Shown one piece after another: positions 28,078-40,122 of a stretch of DNA of 64,000 nt. The notes beneath the pieces are model-generated. The model worked only from the letters and a program-made list of their open reading frames with translations, was not told where the DNA came from and did no database searches. The DNA lies in NCBI RefSeq assembly GCF_006345805.1, contig NC_043006.1, forward strand, positions 50,344,001-50,408,000, read 5' to 3'. Every line of letters begins with the position of its first letter. Position 1 is the first letter of the stretch. The position numbers and the translations under genes were made by a program. Origin of the DNA: Octopus sinensis (Eukaryota).

Positions 28078-28466
28078 TCTTTTACTCTTTTACACGTTTC
28101 AGCCATTTGACTGCCTTTAGTCGAACAAATCGATCCCAGGACTTGTACTTTATAAGCTAGTAGACCTATTCTATCGCTCTCTTGGCCGAACCATTAAGTT
28201 TCGGAGACATAAACACACCAACAATCAGTTTGTCAAGCGATGGTGGGGCGAGAAACATAGGCACAAAGATACCCTCACATTAAATTTACATACGAGATAT
28301 ATACACGACGGGCTTCTTTCAGTTTTCGTCTACCAATCCACGCACAAGGATCTGGTCGGCCCGAGACTAGTAGAAGACGCTCGCCAAAGTGCCTCGTAGT
28401 AGGACAAAACCCGGACGGAACCACGTGTTTGGGATCAAGCTTGTACCACACAGCTACGCGTGCGCC
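28078..28466 (-). mobile_element. CORE-type octopus SINE, diverged
   Basis: Colinear with the 40826 and 54429 copies. Confidence 0.8.
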
Positions 28467-28469
28467 CTA

Positions 28470-28511
<42 letters not shown>

Positions 28512-28514
<3 letters not shown>

Positions 28515-28700
28515 TCTTCTGTAATTTATTAAGACAAAAGCAATATTTTTCAACGTAGTCTCCTTGCATTTTGATACATTACTTCCAGCGATTCATAAGC
28601 TTGCTTCTTCTAGATATGAAGGCTTTCGAATGGCCGTGCAGCCATTTACGCACCGCTACATGCGCTTCTTCATTCGGAGCAAATTTACCATCTTGTAAAG
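28512..28700 (-). mobile_element. mariner transposase 3' relic
   Basis: LQDGKFAPNEEAHVAVRKWLHGHSKAFISRRSKLMNRWK*CIKMQGDYVEK, a typical mariner C-terminus. Confidence 0.75.
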
Positions 28701-29038
28701 GGACGTTTGTGCAGTACAAACCAGGAATGGCCAATATCTGGCCTGTATACAGGATGGTCTATCAATTTAAGACCTTATTTTTAAATGGTTTTCACGTTAT
28801 CGGCAGCCGTTTGTGGGCATGTATTGTCGTACAACAATGACATTGACTATTAATCTCAGCGTTTGGTGGGAACTGTTCTTTTGACATTCATCTCACACAG
28901 ATTTACAGAAGCGAAGATCTCGCATGTAGACCCATAAGTAATTTGTTGAGAAAATACCACCTCATCGATGTTGTTAAATGTATACTTATGTTATTAAAGA
29001 TATACATGTGTGTGTCTATGCAAATATGTATGTATGTA

Positions 29039-29084
<46 letters not shown>

Positions 29085-29123
29085 CGACAGGCTTCTTTCA
29101 GACTCCGTCTACCAAATCCACTC

Positions 29124-29153
<30 letters not shown>

Positions 29154-29154
<1 letters not shown>

Positions 29155-29207
29155 GATAAAAAATGGGACAACAAAACATCCAGATAGACGATACAAAAAC
29201 ACAAGGA

Positions 29208-29299
<92 letters not shown>

Positions 29300-29653
29300 C
29301 CCACTTTTTGCGTCTGACTGTGGTCACTGCCACATCGATATTCTTCCCTGTGTTCGTGAAAGAGTTTGTTTCTCTGCCGTAATTATTATTATTAATTTCA
29401 TTGCATTTTGTATTTATATTCGTGTAACATCGTGTTTGCCGTCCTTGTTTTCGTATACATTCGATGCTTTCTTCCAAGGAATCTAATGCTCTTAGCTTAG
29501 TTTTTCCTTGGGGCTGGCCAGATTGGAGCAATCTCAAGATTAATCGGCCGAAATTGCGAGGATGATCCGGTTCTTGACTGAGGATAGAAAGCTTCGAATG
29601 ACCCACCCTTGTTTTTTGTATCGTCTATCTGGATATTTTGTTGTCCCATTTGT

Positions 29654-29660
<7 letters not shown>
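29154..29660 (+). mobile_element. Short PLE-like repeat (29296-29660) with an inverted copy of its 3' end upstream; degenerate HHR remnant
   Basis: 29154-29207 is the reverse complement of 29608-29659; CTGAGGA at 29578 followed by ...CTTC-GAAT (GAAA lost). Confidence 0.5.
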
Positions 29661-29719
<59 letters not shown>

Positions 29720-29789
29720 ATAGAGTGGATTGGTTAGACGGAGACTGAAGAGCCTGTCGTATATATATATGTATATATATATATATGTA

Positions 29790-29882
<93 letters not shown>

Positions 29883-30540
29883 TTATATATATATTATATA
29901 TATAATATATATATATATATTTATATATATCTTTTCTTTATTAGTGGATTAATGTTGCTACACAGTATTATCACAACCGTCAATTCCACCATCACAAACA
30001 CCTCCCCCATTTCATCGACATTATCATCATCTCCGACATTATCTCTGTTCCCCAAATCTACACTATTTCGACACTATCTACACCATAATGAACATTATCA
30101 ACAATTACATCTAATATATCTAAATAGAACAAAAAAACAAGCGATTGAGAAATATTTATATCTCTATCTAACATTTAAGACACCAAAGCATTTTTAAATT
30201 GGGAATAACTTTTAAAAGCGTTAAAAATTCCAATTTTGATTTATCTTCCTAAAAGTGTGTCATTGATGTTCTTTTTAAAACAGTTATTTTCTACAAAATC
30301 AAATAAAGAAAACAAATCTTAATTTACTACGATATCCACTGCCGGTCGTTATTTTTTAATTCATTTAATTCTGTGTTCTTTCATTATCAACATGCAGCTA
30401 GTGCATGTCGCCAGATGTTCCAATAACACCCACGTTAAAAGAATAAATAATAATAATAAAATAAATAAAGAATATCAGAATGGGGTAAGTGGCAATTAGG
30501 TTTATTGGTGGAGGTAGGTGCAATTTGATAAATATGTAGT

Positions 30541-30789
30541 TTTATTCTTTTATTTGTTTCAGTCATTTGACTGTGGCCATGCTGGAGCACCGCCTTTAGT
30601 CCAGCAAATCGGCCCCATGACTTATTCTTTGTAAGCCTAGTACTTGTTCTGTCGGGCTCTTTTGCCGAAGCGCTATGTTACGGTGACGTAAACACACCAG
30701 CATCGGTTGTCAAGCGATGTTAGAGCTACAAACACAGACACACAAACACATACACACACAAACACACACACACACACACATACACACAT

Positions 30790-30825
<36 letters not shown>

Positions 30826-30930
30826 GACAGGCTTCTTTCAGTTTCCCTCTACCAAATCCACGCACAAGGCCTTGCCCAAGACACTTGCCCAAGGTGCCAC
30901 GCCGTTGGACTGAATCCATAACCATGTGGT
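30541..30930 (-). mobile_element. CORE-type octopus SINE, head truncated
   Basis: Colinear with the full copies. Confidence 0.8.
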
Positions 30931-31332
30931 TATATATATATATATATATATACACGACTAATAATTTTGCAACAGAAGACCTATATGCACACGAAGAGAA
31001 AGAACATGGGATGGTTATATAGGGATTTTGGTGTTACGTAATATGCATTCAGTTGCCTTTTCAAAGATCTGAATACTTCTTTCATTCTTTTTATTCACCG
31101 ACTTGATTGTGATAAGTAGCATTGTTGCTTTGAAACCGGAGTTGCAGTACATCTGTTATGTTATCGGAATATTTTAATTTCAAGATGGGACGATATCAGT
31201 ACATTTCATACAGTGATTAATAAACATTATTGATCAATTATCGTTTCCTTTGAATTTTCTATGCAAACCTTTTTCATGGTGGAGGCTAACATATTGTTCC
31301 TACCATGATTGATTGGATCCTACTACATCATA

Positions 31333-31402
<70 letters not shown>

Positions 31403-31496
31403 GAAAAAATAGGGAAAGAGAAACAAAGAGGGAGAGGGATAGACAGATAGATAGATATAGATATAGATGTGTATGTATATATATATATATAATGTA

Positions 31497-31538
<42 letters not shown>

Positions 31539-31762
31539 GTATATATATATGTATGTATATGTATATATGTGTGTGTGTGTGTATGTATGTGCGTATGTAT
31601 GTATACATGTAATTGTATGAATATATATATATGTATGAATGCATGCATGAATGCATGTAGTCCCACTTACACACATGTATATATACATGTTATATAAAGA
31701 TTTTGTTCCAAAGCTAATTTAAAAAGAAATTAATATTAATGTGTGTGTGTGTGTGCGTGTGT

Positions 31763-32230
31763 GTTAAATAAAATGAGACAACAAAGTTAAGGCTGTGCGA
31801 AATCTATAATGCATTTATAATGAGAAAGGTAGTCAGACAGCTATTTCTGGAATATTAGGGATATCCCTTCATTACAGACGATGTGAGAGAGTTAGCTAGA
31901 GGGAAATAGTATAGTTCAACATAAGGAGTTATTTCGGAAAAGGATGGATATAGGAAGTATAAAGGGAAGTAAGAGAATAAAATTATCCTACATATATTAT
32001 TATTTTTATTTCCATTTCGCTTTCTTATTTCCCATTATACTTCCTATATCCATTCTTTTCCAAAATAACTCCTTATATTGAACTCTAGTATTTCCCTCTA
32101 GTTAACTCTCTCACATCGTCTCTGATGAAGGGATATCGCTATCCCAGAACAACTGTAAGACTAAGTTTCTCTTTATAAATGTCTTATAAATTCCATCCAA
32201 CCTTGACTTTGTTGTCTCATTTTATTTAAC
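31763..32230. repeat. ~470-bp palindrome with two outward-facing degenerate hammerheads
   Basis: 31763-31975 is the reverse complement of 32015-32230; HHR relics at 31832-31879 (-) and 32118-32161 (+). Confidence 0.8.
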
Positions 32231-32349
32231 ATGTACATACTCACACAAGACTCGCATTAGACTCCACACTCGTATATTATAGAACCTGTAGCACTTACAT
32301 AGCCTTACCTGCCATCTTGGGTTTTCTGGATAACAAAACCTCTCATATG

Positions 32350-32950
32350 TATATATTTATATATATATATATATATGCTCCTCCTCCCCCATTCCCGTCG
32401 TCCATCTGCGACGATACTTCCGCCGTAACTGCTAACGGTCTTTCTCGCCCGCCTTTTGAGGCTACTGGACGACTTTTCCTGCTCTCTCGTCGTTCACAAA
32501 AAATTAGCGTTTGCAATACTTTTTTCGTTCGGCGTCAACAGCCCTTCATCTTGTTCTCCTGTCCTGTCTTTTACTGTTATATATATTTATATTTTACTGT
32601 TTATATAGATTTTTTTACTGTTTATATTTTTGTACTGTCGTTACTGTCTCGTTTTTTTACCATTTTTTACCCCTTGCGAAAAGATCTCAGAATTTTAATT
32701 GATTTGCTTTTCGCAGGAAGGAAAGTTTTCTTGTCGAAAGAGAAGTCTCGCTTTTATCCTTCGAAAACGTAGAGTAGATGAAACCTTAGCGACTGAAGAA
32801 GGGGTTTTTTCGTTGTGTTAACTGTCCTGTACTCCATTTTTTGTTGTTTTTTAAAAAAATGTCCGGTTCCTTTGGGTTGTTGTCTATGTTTTCGTTTCTC
32901 TATGTGTTCGACGTCCCTTTGGTGTCCTGTACTCATATATGCGTGTATAT
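32350..32950 (+). mobile_element. PLE-like non-autonomous repeat (pseudo-LTR type) with partial HHR-like motifs
   Basis: TTGTCGA...CGAAAACGTA at ~32731-32771 and CTGAAGAAGGGG at ~32793; no coding capacity. Confidence 0.4.
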
Positions 32951-33128
32951 GTACATGTAGAGGTAGGTACGTACATATATGTTTATATATATGCATATGT
33001 TTTATTTCTTTTATTAATATATATAATATTATATAAATAACGGAAAGTTTACGAAAATAAACAAAAGACGAAGGCAGGTGGAGTACAAACAAACAAAGTA
33101 TTAGTATAGCGCTCAGAAATAGAAAGTT

Positions 33129-33163
33129 CTTTTACGTTTCGAGCCTACGCTCTCGACAGAAAG
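33129..33163 (-). ncRNA. Minimal type I hammerhead with variant core CUGUCGA
   Basis: CTTT-CTGTCGA-GAGC(GTAG)GCTC-GAAA-CG-TA|AAAG; all stems pair; A6 replaced by U. Confidence 0.65.
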
Positions 33164-33261
33164 ATACACAGAAAAAAACAAGGAGAGAAACAGAGAGAGA
33201 GAAAAAATGCGTGTAGTAGCAAACGATCTATCATGGCGTGTATATATTATATATATAGATA

Positions 33262-33294
<33 letters not shown>

Positions 33295-33314
33295 GTATAT
33301 ACAGAGAGAGAGAT

Positions 33315-33351
<37 letters not shown>

Positions 33352-33508
33352 TTAGCGGTTGTAGTAACCGATTAAGGGATAAAATATCCGTATATACTAT
33401 CAGTATCCGTTAAGTGTTATCCCCGGGCAATGGTGTGCAGGGACACCATATACGTTGAGGGCAAGTAATAACAGGATAAACAAAAGTTTATCAGGAACCA
33501 ATGGAAAT

Positions 33509-34046
33509 AATTAGAAAATGAAGAAAAACAGATTAAGCACCGCATTGATAGGACTACATTTTAAAGCATATTTATTGATACAATACAAGGCAATACAAAT
33601 CTAACAGCTGTTTCTGATCAAAATACCGGAATGCAGTCTATACATAAATGTGAAAATAGGGGGGGAATCTTGGTAGTAATTTCCTGTGAGTAAATTTTTA
33701 CTTTACGTTAATTTATTTACCTTTACTTAAGTTTTCTCCGTTAATATAGGTTTAACATTTGATATTTATGGGATCTTTACCTTTTGACCGACGGATTAAA
33801 AAATTTTTTTTTTGTAACTAAACACTTTCAAACTTCGGGCACTGGTAGAATGTGTCATATAGAACATCTTTTACTCATAGCAGTTTTGAGAAAAACTTAT
33901 ATTTACGAAGTTATTTCACGTATATTTCAATTATATTGATCAGAAACAGCCGTTAGATTTGTATTGCTATGCATTGTATTAATAAATATGCTTTAAAATG
34001 TAGTCCTATCGATGCATGGTTAATTTGTTTTTCTCCATTTTCTAAT
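33509..34046. mobile_element. MITE/foldback element with ~112-bp terminal inverted repeats
   Basis: 33509-33621 is the reverse complement of 33936-34046. Confidence 0.8.
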
Positions 34047-34050
34047 TTTA

Positions 34051-34093
<43 letters not shown>

Positions 34094-34104
34094 ATATTAT
34101 ATAT

Positions 34105-34312
34105 CACATGATCACATGACCGACCAGGTATCAGATGTTGCTACACAACGCTGGTCACAATGAGCTTCGCGTTGTTTTAGCCTTCAAATGACGCCACCCC
34201 ACTGGCTAAGCGAGCAGGCCTACAGAAGAAAGAGTGAGAGAAACACTCACATCACCCAGTCTAGGAATCGAAACCGCGAGCCCGTGCCCTAACCACTGGG
34301 CGATTGCGCCTC

Positions 34313-34315
<3 letters not shown>
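34105..34315 (-). mobile_element. tRNA-derived SINE with internal deletion
   Basis: Head ggaggcgcaatcgcccagtggttaggg; 3' part shared with 492-612. Confidence 0.8.
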
Positions 34316-34346
<31 letters not shown>

Positions 34347-34755
34347 CACACACCACTACTACCACAACAGGCTGCCCATCATTAACCAGTACATTTAGAT
34401 GCCACTTACAACATACACTGCAATTCAAACATCACAAGACATCTCATCATTAAACAAGGTAAACAATGAAGTATGTTGTTGTTGTTGTTGACTGGACACA
34501 AATTGAGTAGGATAACATCTAAGGGTAGCAATATGTACTGGATAAATATCTTCACTATAACAAGACAGGTAGTATGATACTGGGATGTAAGCCAGTCCAT
34601 ATCATAGCTATATGTCTGTGTCATGAAGATACAGAAAACAAATATGATAGTCAAGGGCTCTAATATGGATTAAATTATAAAGGAAGTAGCAAACGAAATT
34701 GCCGAAAGTTTAAGGTGTAACATAACTGCAGCAGTTTCTTGTAGATATATTAGCT

Positions 34756-34911
34756 TTATTGAGTTCAGCAGACGTATTCCTTTTTTGAAATGGTAGGGAT
34801 TGGTTTACCTGCCTTGGCATCACGCAATATACATAAAATCTGTTCATGGACATGATTACAACCAGACTCAAGTCGAGAATGAATAAATTGGCCATTGACA
34901 GAAATTTCAAA
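34756..34911 (-). pseudogene. 3' fragment of a MIEN1/SelW-family (Rdx) gene, probably a truncated retrocopy or orphaned last exon
   Basis: FEISVNGQFIHSRLESGCNHVHEQILCILRDAKAGKPIPTISKKEYVC*TQ* aligns without gaps to the recalled human MIEN1 C-terminus FEIEINGQLVFSKLENGG...SNG...PPCVIL; in-frame TAA and SINE tail upstream, no acceptor AG. Confidence 0.65.
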
Positions 34912-34934
34912 AATTTATATATACATATATATAT

Positions 34935-35105
34935 ATATCACGTGACACGTGACCGACCAGACCATCAGACGTAGTTACACATCGCTGGTCACAATGCGTT
35001 CGCATTGTTTTAGCCTTTGAATGACGCCACCCCGCTGGCTAAGCAAGCAGGCCGACAGAAGAAAGAGTGGGAGAAAGAGTGGTGAAAGATTACAGCAGGG
35101 ATCAC
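34935..35105 (-). mobile_element. SINE 3' fragment
   Basis: Same family as 492-612 and 34105-34315. Confidence 0.8.
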
Positions 35106-35541
35106 CACATATATATATATGAATGATAAATCATACAGGCGTTTAATTTTTGCATGGGGGAGACGAATGAAGGTGGAAAGCTACAAGCTAGGTGTGGTAG
35201 GTATTCTGTGATTGTGTGGCGTGTATGAAACTTTGATTAGTCAGTATATATTGGTGGTAACTGTATGAGTGTGAAGGGGAAATAAAAAAAAAACATGATA
35301 AAAAAAACATACCGAGACAGAGAGCTGATTGAAGCGAGGAGAGATGGAAGAAGAAATCACAGATATGCAGATATGAAAACATGAAAATGGATGAAAAATC
35401 AAAGAGAGTGGAGAATATTGATAAAGAAAAATAATATCCATATTGCATGATGTGGTGTGATTGTTAAGGCTTACTGTGGACGTATATATGCACATATATG
35501 TGTTGCATGTGTGTATGTTATGTGTGTGCATGTATATATTA

Positions 35542-35606
<65 letters not shown>

Positions 35607-35890
35607 CATATATATATATATACACACACATATATATATAGGTATATGTATGTTTATAAATGTGTGTATGTTTATGTGTGTGCATGTATATATTTATATA
35701 TGTATATATGATATATATATATATATAGTACACACACATATATATATGTATATATATGTATGTTTATAAATGTGTAACACATAAATATAATATATATATA
35801 TATATATATATAATGTGTGTGTGTATGTATATATGTATATATATATATATATATATGTATATGTATGTTTATAAATGTGTACACATATAA

Positions 35891-35923
<33 letters not shown>

Positions 35924-35930
35924 AGTATAG

Positions 35931-35963
<33 letters not shown>

Positions 35964-37099
35964 GTATGTATATATGTATATATATATATATATAATATAT
36001 ATATATATATCTATATAATTATCAAATAACCAATACTTACGTGCTGAAAACTATATGCATATACACACTTCGTATATGTATTACACACATACACATACTT
36101 ATTCATATAAACAATCACTTATATATGTTTGTGTGTGTGTGAGTGTATAAACTACGTTTTACACACATATACATATAAGTGCTTGTGTATGTCTGTACAC
36201 ACGCATGAAGCGAAGGAGTACCGCAGCCTGATTTTGTATTCCCTTAGCAATGCCTGACCTCTAGTCAGAGTAGGAGTCTTTCAACAGGAGCACAGTGAAA
36301 GTACCAGGGGACCTGAAATTAATAAGGTTGCCAATTGATTTGAAGAAAGGAGAATTTTCTTTTATATGACTTTGGGAACCACAGCCACGTAAGCCTAATC
36401 CATATCTTCCCCAGACTCGAACAGCCTAATTCACAACTTACTCCAAGGAGCCCCACAACTTATTGCCTAAAGAAAATGAATTGATAAAATCGATACCCTT
36501 TTTTTCTTCCCTTCTTTATTAATGTAGCAGCTTTAAGAATGAGTTACATAACTGTACGTGGTAGTACAACAGGGGGTACATTTTTGGTTTGGGTTAAATT
36601 CTGTAGGCATGGTAGTGCTGTCAGCCGGGCCTGTCCAAGATGCTGGTGGAGTGACGAAGCTGTCCTGCACGAATCTGTATAATGCTAGAGTATTGCAGAC
36701 TTGTGAAGTTATGTAAGACAGATGCTATCACATTTTGGATGGATTCAGCAATCGGCTGTCTCCATCGCAAAGGTTGCCGGAAAGGACTGGCAGTTTTCTT
36801 CTGGATGGAATCTTTTGCAAAAGAGAAGCCAACCTTCTCTGGACTTTTTAGAGCCATTTAAAAAGAAAGGTGTGAGTAGAGAGGAAGCTGCTTCCCCCAG
36901 TAAGTTTCTTGAGATGTGGGTGAATGTGGAGAGGGAGGCCTGTTTAGGCGTACTCTGACCTTTCGTCCGAAGAATAGAATGAATAGATGGAGGTTTTCTT
37001 TCACATGTGCAGACCTTCGGTTGCAATAATTAATAGGATGATAGAGAAAGAATAAGGTTGAGAAAAAGAGAGAAGAATGAGAGGGAGAGAAAGAGTGAG

Positions 37100-37830
37100 A
37101 GAGGAAGAGAGAGAGAGTGAGGGAAAGAGAGAAAGAAAAGAAAAATTACAGATAAGTTTTGAAAATTCCCGAAGGATTCGAAGAGGTTTCGGTGGGAAAA
37201 TATCTGAGGAAACTTGGGAAGATTTGTAAACTCGAGCCAGTATGCTTGTAAAGCTTTTCCTTGGATGACATTAGATTAAGAGAGGGACAGTGATTAAGTA
37301 TGGATTTTCTCTCGTGTATACAATACTGAATATATCTCCGTTTTAGCATAAAATTATAATCCTGGTTTTCGTAAGTTCCTTAGTATTAGGATTTTTCTAC
37401 AATCCAGAGACCATAGCTAGCGGTATCATTTATGAGAGATTTCGATTTTTTAGCAAAATTCCGACTGACTTCAAATGCTGTGCCTTTCTCTTTTAACTGC
37501 CAGATGTAGATGACCAGATTTTTTGGTTAGCCGTTTTTTGATGTTTCTAAACGAAGCGATGTGAATGTTAAAATTTTGCTTGAAGGGACTTTCAGTTAGT
37601 CCGATGTACCTTTTCAATTTGGTGTTCTGATAGTTTTGATTTCAATTTCATGAATACCAGCTTCATTCTTATATCATCCTTTCAGTGGCCTGCCATAGGG
37701 TTCCTGCATGAACATACAGCCTCAGCAGTTTCATTTATGTGATAAAATTTGTTTACATTAAAGTAAAAAATATTCCAGTCGAACCTGTATATATTTTCCA
37801 ACATGATGAAGATCTAAAGCAATTTTCGAG
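37100..37830 (-). mobile_element. Penelope-like element GIY-YIG endonuclease relic
   Basis: CSCRNP (Zn linker), KRYIGLTESPFKQ, YIWQLKEKG, followed by a degenerate CxLCxxEK box. Confidence 0.75.
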
Positions 37831-38019
37831 ATTACTCACATCTGGAATAGGCAGTTACAGCTTCTATACCAGAAGTTTGAAATATTTTTTCTGAATCAAT
37901 AATATATGCAAGTGTATACACGCGCGCACACACAGAGACATACACGCACACACACATGTCCATATATATGCATTATATGTGCATATGGATATACATATAC
38001 ACGCACACTCACACACACG

Positions 38020-38074
<55 letters not shown>

Positions 38075-38662
38075 ATATATCAGCACAGCCGAAAGGCAGG
38101 AAGGAATCATTATGTGAATTGTCACGTATCCAATTTTATAGCAATAGCATATTTTGTTGTTAGCGAATCGAATATAAAAAATATCTAGTGATAGGAAAAA
38201 CAAAAGCATAAATAGACACACACACACACACACACATTCACACACACATATATATTTACATATATATATGTATGAATATACACACAGGTTTAAATCTAAA
38301 CACATACATGCATTAGCATAAACATAGGCACACACACTCGTACATATATCCATGTAAACACACCAAACTTTAGGAAAAAAAACAGTATACATATACACGA
38401 TTGTGATTGTATTATGTAAACAAAACAAACCTTACTTGGCAAATCAGATATATACATATGCATATTCAGAAATTAATTTGTAGACATAGTGACATTTTTT
38501 TATAAAATCAAGCAAACGCACAAATGTATACACACATAACAAAATAATAAAAAAAACACACATAAATACATACATAAATAACAAGCACAACACAGCTATA
38601 TATGTATGTATATATATATATATATATCTATATAATATATAATATATATATATATATATTAA

Positions 38663-38716
<54 letters not shown>

Positions 38717-38731
38717 GTATGTATATATATA

Positions 38732-38762
<31 letters not shown>

Positions 38763-38869
38763 AATATACACGATTATACAGAAACTAACAGGTATATGTG
38801 CATGTGCACTTATATATATATATATATAACACATAGATATTTTGTATACCTATATATATTCATATATGA

Positions 38870-38904
<35 letters not shown>

Positions 38905-39040
38905 GAGGCATTATACATACATGCCAGAGGGCATTATACATACATGCCACACGCTAAGAGGGACAATTAGTCATTTCTACCAAAAATATTACTAACCCCA
39001 CCGAATGCAATTTTTCAAAGTAAGACATTTAAAAAATATA

Positions 39041-39084
39041 GACTGTATCACAGTGATTTCATACTACGTATTCATCAGCAGGCC
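39041..39084 (-). ncRNA. Type I hammerhead ribozyme, copy 1
   Basis: GGCCTG-CTGATGA-ATAC(GTA)GTAT-GAAA-TCACTGTGA-TA|CAGTC; two 1-nt deletions relative to copy 2. Confidence 0.8.
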
Positions 39085-39508
39085 TGAATGTATCATAAAT
39101 AAACGACCCTGCCCCGCTTAAGCCGATCAGCTAACTGATCAACATCAACGAAGCACATGGGTGAGTTACTATATTACATCCTGTAAATGGCATACTTTTA
39201 CGAATTGCATTTCGGGAAAGGAAAAGTTTTTCGGAATAAAAATTTAGCAATTAAGGACAACTACTAATAAGGAAAACTTAACAAGAAATTGTCAGGTAGA
39301 TCGCGTGAAAACCTCATAAGAGAATAAATTTCGAAAATAATTATTTCTTATTGAACATATTAATTATATATAGAGGGCATTATACATACATGCCAGAGGG
39401 CATTATACATACATGCCACACGCTAAGAGGGACAATTAGTCATTTCTACCAAAAATATTACTATCCCACCGAATGCAATTTTTCAAAGTAAGACATTTAA
39501 AAAATATA

Positions 39509-39554
39509 GACCTGTATCACAGTGATTTCATACTTACGTATTCATCAGCAGGCC
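39509..39554 (-). ncRNA. Type I hammerhead ribozyme, copy 2 (canonical)
   Basis: GGCCTG-CTGATGA-ATAC(GTAA)GTAT-GAAA-TCACTGTGA-TA|CAGGTC; 6-bp stem I, 4-bp stem II with GNRA loop, palindromic stem III, AUA site. Confidence 0.9.
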
Positions 39555-39937
39555 TGAATGTATCATAAATAAACGACCCTCCCCGCTTAAGCCGATCAGC
39601 TAACTGATCAACATCAACGAAGCACATGGGTGAGTTTACATATATTACATCCTGTAATGGCATACTTTTACGAATTGCATTTCGGTGGGATTAGTAATAT
39701 TTTTGGTAGAAATGAAGAAATGACTATTGTCCTCTTAGGTTGTGATTTGTGGATGTATGTATAACCCTCGTATATAAATTAATATGTTCATAAGAAATAA
39801 TTATTTTCGAAATTTATTCTCTTATGAGGTTTTCACGCTATCTACCTGACAATTTCTTGTTAAGTTTTCCTTATTAAGTAGTTGTCCTTAATGCTCAATA
39901 TATATATATATATATTATATATATAGATATATATATA

Positions 39938-39985
<48 letters not shown>

Positions 39986-39987
39986 GT

Positions 39988-40022
<35 letters not shown>

Positions 40023-40075
40023 TATATAATATATATTCATATATTATAATATATATGCATATACATGTACGTATA

Positions 40076-40122
<47 letters not shown>

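Larger units (their letters stand above)
38904..39895 (-). mobile_element. Retrozyme-like tandem repeat (unit ~469 bp) followed by an inverted segment
   Basis: Unit 1 starts at 38904, unit 2 at 39372; 39686-39895 is the reverse complement of ~39245-39480; no ORF. Confidence 0.85.

Noticed and set aside
28571-28840. Plus-strand ORF/exon (AIHKLASSRYEGFRMAVQPF...)
   Set aside because: It is the antisense of a clear mariner C-terminus
34380-34755. SECIS element downstream of the MIEN1-like fragment
   Set aside because: ATGA motifs exist, but I found no stem with an AAR apical loop and a matching GA quartet by eye
36560-37030. Overlapping ORFs of 78-93 aa on both strands
   Set aside because: No motif could be assigned; probably a decayed TE, not supportable as a CDS
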